A stretch of 64,000 bases of DNA from the human T2T-CHM13v2.0 reference genome, Homo sapiens. The notes beneath the pieces are model-generated. The model did not search any database. It saw only the letters and a program-made list of their open reading frames with translations, and was not told the origin of the DNA. A program made the position numbers and the translations under genes. Positions within the stretch are counted from its first letter, which is position 1. Every line of letters starts with the position of its first letter. Shown in pieces: positions 57,655 to 64,000 of this stretch. The stretch lies in assembly GCF_009914755.1 (NCBI RefSeq), contig NC_060931.1. One strand, 5' to 3'.

Positions 57655-58510
57655 TGTTGAGAAATAATTAACATACAGTAAGTGAAAATATATGAACTGT
57701 ACAATTTGATACATTTTGACATGTATATACACACATGAAACCATCACCACAATCAAGATGAAGACGATACCTATCACCTGTCAAAGTTTTCTATTCCCCT
57801 TTGTAATTCCTCATTCTCCAAGCCCCTGACCCCTTTCCAGGCAAGCGCTGATCTTTCTGTCACTATCGATTGGTTGACATTTGCAAAATTTTAAATAAAT
57901 AAAGACATACATTATCCTTCACTCAGAACACTTATTTTGAGATTCTTGCATTTTATACAGGTCTCAGATCTCAATATATCATCTATTTTTATTGCTGAAT
58001 AACATATATGTATTTATTTATTTATTTATTTATTTTTTTTTTTGAGACAGTCTTGCTCTGTCACCCAGGCTGGAGTGCGGTGGCGCGATCTCGGCTCACT
58101 GCACGCTCCGCCTCCCGGGTTTTACACCATTCTCCTGCCTCAGCCTCCTGAGTAGCTGGGACTACAGGCATGCACCACCTATGCCTGGCTAATTTTTTTT
58201 GTATTTTTAGTAGAGATGGGGTTTCTCTGCTGAGTAATATTTTATTATACAGATATGCCACATTTTACTCACTCATTCACTTTTTGTGAGACATCTGGGT
58301 TGGTTTGAGCTGTTGGCTATTACGAATAAAGCTGTTATGAACATTTGCATGCAAATCATTGTATGGACACATGACTATTTCTTTTGGTAAACATCTATGG
58401 GTCATAGAGCATGTATACTTTTAATTTTTTAAGAAATTGCAAAACTGTTTTCCAAGGTGGCTCTACTGTTTTACATTCTAAGCTGCCATGTATGAGAGTT
58501 TCAGAATCTC
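57655..58510 (-). mobile_element. Old L1M 3' fragment interrupted by Alu
   Basis: CATGAAACCATCACCACAATCAAGA...AATAAAGCTGTTATGAACATT...AAACTGTTTTCCAA. Confidence 0.8.
58010..58226 (-). mobile_element. AluY, 5'-truncated
   Basis: Right arm and linker only; TSD-like TGCTGA(A/G)TAA. Confidence 0.88.
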
Positions 58511-58643
58511 CTGAAATAGAATATAAAATATTACATTTATTATAAATGCTCATTTCTCTTAACAGGATGTCCATAACTTAAATATTTGCAGCTGCTGTAT
58601 TTCCAAGGTGTTATTTTTCATTTTATTTCCTACTTAAAATTAA

Positions 58644-58942
58644 TTTTTTTTTTTTTTTGAGACAGAGTCTCACTTTGTCACCCAGGCTGGAGTTCAGTGG
58701 CGCCATCTCAGCTTACTGCAAGCTCCGCCTCCCGGGTTCACACCATTCTCCCGCCTCAGCCTCCTGAGTAGCTAGGACTACAGATGCCCGCCACCACACC
58801 TGGCTAATTTTTTTTTGTATTTTTAGTGAAGACGGGGGTTTCACCGTGTTAGCCAGGATGGTCTCGATCTCCTGGCCTCGTGATCCGCCCGTCTCGGACT
58901 CCCAAAGTGCTGGGATTACAGGTGTGAGCCACCGCGCCCGGC
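58644..58942 (-). mobile_element. AluY
   Basis: AluY diagnostics; TSD TTAAAATTAATTTT. Confidence 0.93.
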
Positions 58943-59109
58943 TTTTAAAATTAATTTTAACGCTTTAACATGAAATCAGTTTATCTTTTGTCACTGGGTC
59001 CCGATTTAAGAGAAAAAGTAGTTATTTATTTCTACCTTTCTCCACTTTATGAAATAAATCTATTTCATGGCAAAGATTTCCCTCTTGTCCTCACATCTTT
59101 TATCCTCAA

Positions 59110-59421
59110 ATCTTTTTTTTTTTTTTTTTTTTTGAGACACAGAATTTCACTTTTCTTGCCCAGGATGGAGTGCAGTGGTGTGATCTTGTGAGGCTCACCG
59201 CAACCTCTGCCTCCCAAGTTCAAGCAATTCTCCTGCCTCAGCCTCCACAGCAGCTGGGATTACAGGCGTGCACCACCATACCCGGCTAATTTTGTATTTT
59301 TAGTAGAAACGGGGTTTCACCATGTTGGCCAGGCTGGTCTCAAACTCCTGACCTCAGATGATCTGCCTGCCTCGGCCTCCCAAACTGCTGAGATTACCAA
59401 CGTGAGCCACCGCGCCCGGCT
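59110..59421 (-). mobile_element. Alu
   Basis: Reverse dimer; TSD TCCTCAAATCTT. Confidence 0.93.
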
Positions 59422-59569
59422 GTCCTCAAATCTTACATAATTTGAGGAGAGATTTCAAGGTATCTGACTGCATGTATCTGACACTCACCTCTTCCACGGA
59501 GAAGAACCAACATAGTGAGTAGATAATCACACTTCGAACAGATCATCTATGAGAGTCCAGTGGGATTCA

Positions 59570-59908
<339 letters not shown>

Positions 59909-61370
59909 CTAAAGCAAGGAAAGAGAGGGAAGTGAGGCAGCATGTTTGTCTCAGATTGACAGGAGCCTGGCAAGGATAAATGGGAGACGCCCCCGCCCCC
60001 CAACCCGTTGTTCCACGCTCCTACCACAGGCTCCTGAGTCCTCCCCACAGGAGAGCCCCTCCAGCCTTGCAGGCCCTGAGAAAACAGAGAGAGCTGCCCG
60101 GAGATGGCATGACAGCTTTGCTCCAGAGAGGGAGCTCACCCTGAGTCCCCCACCCATCCCCAAGCCCTAAGCAGCTACAGCACGTTGCCATTTTGGGAGC
60201 CAAACCCCCACCAGACTGCATCCTGCCTTGGAGCCCAACAGCCCCTGCGAGTCCACATCCATGGAGCCTCATGACATCACCTTCACAGCTGGCTGCTGCC
60301 ACCAGGGCCAAAGTACATATCATTGGCAGCAACCTTCCTGCTCCCAACATCAAAGCCTCCATGCATTCTCACACGTTTCGAGGACAGAATCCCCCACCCA
60401 GAGCTGCTGCCACGGGCAGAGCCAAAGTGTGAACAACAGGCAGTGACCCCACTGCCTCAGCGTTGAAGTTGACACACATTTATAAGCACCCCAAGGAAAA
60501 GACAATCCATCCACAGCTGCCATCTAGGGCCAAAGCACGTGTTCCAGCTGCCTGCCTATGGCTGCTGCCACTGAAAGCTATGCTGTCATGCCCAGTAGCA
60601 GGGCTACAGTACAGTAGCCCAGCCACTGTGCCTCCACCCAAGCATTTTACCAGGAGCCTGATGATCACCCTGCCCCTGCCTATCACAGCCAACACCTGCA
60701 CACACCACTGGGGACTTGAGGACAGGTTCGTACAGTCCAGCTCCACACCCTCCTGTGCCCAAACATGCTGTCTGGGGGCCTAGTGATCACCCAACTTTGT
60801 CCATCACCATTGGCACCTGAGCATTCCTTTCAGCGATCTAAAGTTGGGCCCATCCAACCTGTCACTGCCACTATTGCCGGCATCCACCCTTATGTGCCAC
60901 CTGCAAGCCTGGGGGCTGGCTCATGCAATCCATAGCAGCCACTGCCAACACCAGTGTGGACCAATGGGAACCAGAGGATTGTTCTACCATTGCTGCTTCT
61001 GTCATTCATGCCATGCTTGCTCCCAGGGGCCTGAGGACCCGCCCAACTGCCTGGCTCACTGCTGTCAATATCAACTTCCAAGAAAGCTTCCTGGAGGCCC
61101 CAAAATCAGCCTCCCTAGACTCACTAACACCAGCGCCAGTGTGCACCACATTAGGACCCAAGAACAGGCATGTTCAGAGTACTGCAGCCACCACTGGAGC
61201 CTGAGGACTGACTCATCTTGCATTCCTGTCACCAGAAACACTTTACAGCCTCCACTAATAAGCACACCTGAAGCCACTGAGAAAACCACAGATGCCACTG
61301 ATGCTGTTTACAGCTGAAAAAATCATAGGGAAACTACATACTGCATACACTTAGAATTAAAGCCAAAGTG

Positions 61371-61699
61371 GGCCAGGTGCGGTGGCTCACACCTGTAATC
61401 CTGGCACTTTGGGAGGCCGAGGTGGGTGGATCACCTGAGGTATAGAGTTTGAGACCAGGGGAGTTTGAGACCAGCCTGGCCAACATAGAGAAACCCCATC
61501 TCTACTAAAAATACAAAAATTATCTGGGTGTGGTGGTGCACACCTGTAATCTCAGCTACTTGGGAGGCTGAGGCAGGAGAATCGCTTGAATCCAGGAGGC
61601 AGAGGTTGCAGTGAGCTGAGATTGTGCCACTGTACACATTGTGCCAGGGTGACAGAAAGAGACTCTGTCTCAAAAAAAAAAAAAAAAAAAAAAAAAAAA
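61371..61699 (+). mobile_element. Alu within L1 5'UTR
   Basis: Dimer; TSD AATTAAAGCCAAAGTG. Confidence 0.95.
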
Positions 61700-64000
61700 T
61701 TAAAGCCAAAGTGCACTACTCAACCAACATCAGAGATACATCTTCAGGAAAAATTCCTTACCTATGAAAGCAAATTTAAAAATTGGAAGAAGCAACTATT
61801 ACACCAGATGTACAGATATCAACATAAGTGCACAAAAACATGAAAAAGCAAGGAAATATGATACCTCCAAAGGAACTCAATAGTTCTCCAGCAACAGATT
61901 CCAGGGAAAAAGAAATGTATAATATCCTGGAGAAATAATTTAAAATAATGATATTAAAGAAGCTCAGGGAGATACAAAAGGACATAGATAATACAAAAAA
62001 TTAGAAAAACAATTCAGAATATAAATGAAATATTTACCAACGATATAGTTATAATAAAAAAGAACCAAACAGAAATACTGAAACTGAATAATTTATTGAA
62101 GGGAATGCAACATAAACATTTGAAAACTTTGGCAATAGTCTACATCAAGCAGAAGAAAGAATTTCAGAACTTGAAGACAGGCCTTCTGAAATAACACAGC
62201 CAGACAAAAGTAAAGAAGAATAAAGTAGAATGAATAAAGCTTCTGTGACATATGGGACACCATAAAGTGATCATATATTTGAAATTTTAGTATCCCAGAA
62301 GTTGAAGAGTAAACAAAATGGGTAGAAAACTTAATTAACCAAATAATAACTGAAAATTCCCAAGCCTAGCAAGACATTTAGACATCCAGACATAAGAAGC
62401 TCAAGAATCCCCAAATACACACAATTCAAAAATACCTTCTTTATGGCACATTATAGTGACACTGTCAAATGTCAAGAAAAACAAGATAATCCTAAAAACA
62501 GCAAGAGAAAAGTGTCTAGCCACTAATAAGGGAACCCCCATCAGACTAACAGTAAATTTCTTAGCAGAAACCTTATAAGCCAGGAGAGACTGCGATGACA
62601 TATTGAAAGCGCTGAAAGAAAAAAAAAATTTACCAGCCAAGGATACTTACTATACTCAGTGAAGATAGCAAAGATACCCTTCACAAATGAAAATGAAATA
62701 ATATCTTTCTCAGACAAGAAAAAGCTGAGAAAATTCATCACCACTAGACCAGTTCAACAAAAAATGCTTAAGGGAATCCTACACATATAAGTGAAAGGAT
62801 CATATCTACCTTCATGAAAACACATGAAAATATGCAATCCACTGATAAAGCAAACCTACAAATAGGGAAAAGAAAAAACTCAAATGTTACCACTACAGAA
62901 AACCACCAAACCACAATGATAAATAATAAGAGAGAAAGAAAAGGACCAAGGATATACAAAACAACCACAACTCAGTTAATAAAATGACAGAAACAAGCCC
63001 TCACATATCAATAATCACCTTGAATATAAATGAATTGAACTTTCCACTTCAAAGATATAAAAAAGGATTTTTTTTTAAAAAAACGACCCAACTATATGCT
63101 GACTACAAGAAACTCATCTTATCCGTAAAGTCACATATAGACTGAAAGAAAAGGAATGGAAAACTATATTCCATGGAAACGGAATCTAAGATTAAGCAGA
63201 AGTAGCTATACATTAAGTATACTTTAAAACGTACTTTAAGTCAAAAACGGTAATAAGAGACAAAAAAGTCATTATACAATGATAAAAGGATTAATTCAGT
63301 AAGAGGATATAAAAATTCTAAACATACATGAATACAACACTAAAACACCCAGATATTTAAAGCAAATATTATTAAGTTGAAAAGGATAGACTCCAATACT
63401 ATAATAGTCAGATACTCCAACATCCCACTTTCAGTAGTAATCAGGTCACCTAGACAGGAAATTAACAAAGATTTATTGGATTTAAACTGCACTTTAGAAC
63501 AAATGGACCTCAAACACATTTACAGAACATTTTATCCGACAGGTACAGAATACACATTCTTCTCATCAGTACATGGAACATTCTCTAGGACAGATTATAT
63601 GTTGAAACACAAAACAAGTCTCAACCATAAAAAAAATTGAAATCATGTCAAGTATCTGTTCAGACAATGGAATACATCAAAATCAATAACACGAGGAACT
63701 CTGAAAACTGAAAAAAATACATGAAAATTAAACAACATGAAAATCAAAACACAACACACCAAAATCTATGGGATACAACAAATGCAATTCTAAGAGGGAA
63801 TTTTATACCAATTAGCATCTACATCAAAAAAGTAGAAAGATTTCAAATAGACAATCTGATGACGTACCTTGAGGAACTAGGAAAGCAATAATAAACCAGA
63901 TTCAAAATTGGTAGAAGAGAAAAAATGATAAAGATCAGAGCAGAACTAAACAAAATGGAGACTAAAAAAGTTACAAATGGTCAATGAAACAAAAAATTGT

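Overview
Primate (very likely human; AluY/AluS/AluJ, LTR12C, THE1/MST present) repeat-rich non-coding DNA. I find no credible protein-coding exon. The provided ORFs are Alu, LTR, L1 or microsatellite artefacts, apart from decayed ERVL integrase and L1 endonuclease fragments. Contents: about 44 Alu copies or arms; solo LTRs of many ERV families, several with readable target-site duplications (MER61, LTR12C, MER41, MST x2, LTR8, MER4-group, LTR10, THE1, MLT2); an ERVL pol fossil with its 3' MLT2 LTR; old L1 fragments, including one retaining its 5'UTR at the right end; L2, MIR and CR1 relics; and MER5A/MER91 DNA-transposon relics. The most distinctive item is an old nuclear mitochondrial insertion (NUMT) of ND4 at ~46334-46875 with a 136-bp internal tandem duplication, sitting ~8 bp from an AP-1-bearing LTR10. 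Also notable are several perfect inverted-repeat or template-switch scars, a ~1-kb polypyrimidine higher-order repeat, and a few unique motif-dense blocks that may be enhancers. I do not see evidence for a genuinely new biological system. Repeat family names come from recalled consensus sequences, not a database search, and boundaries without a TSD are approximate.
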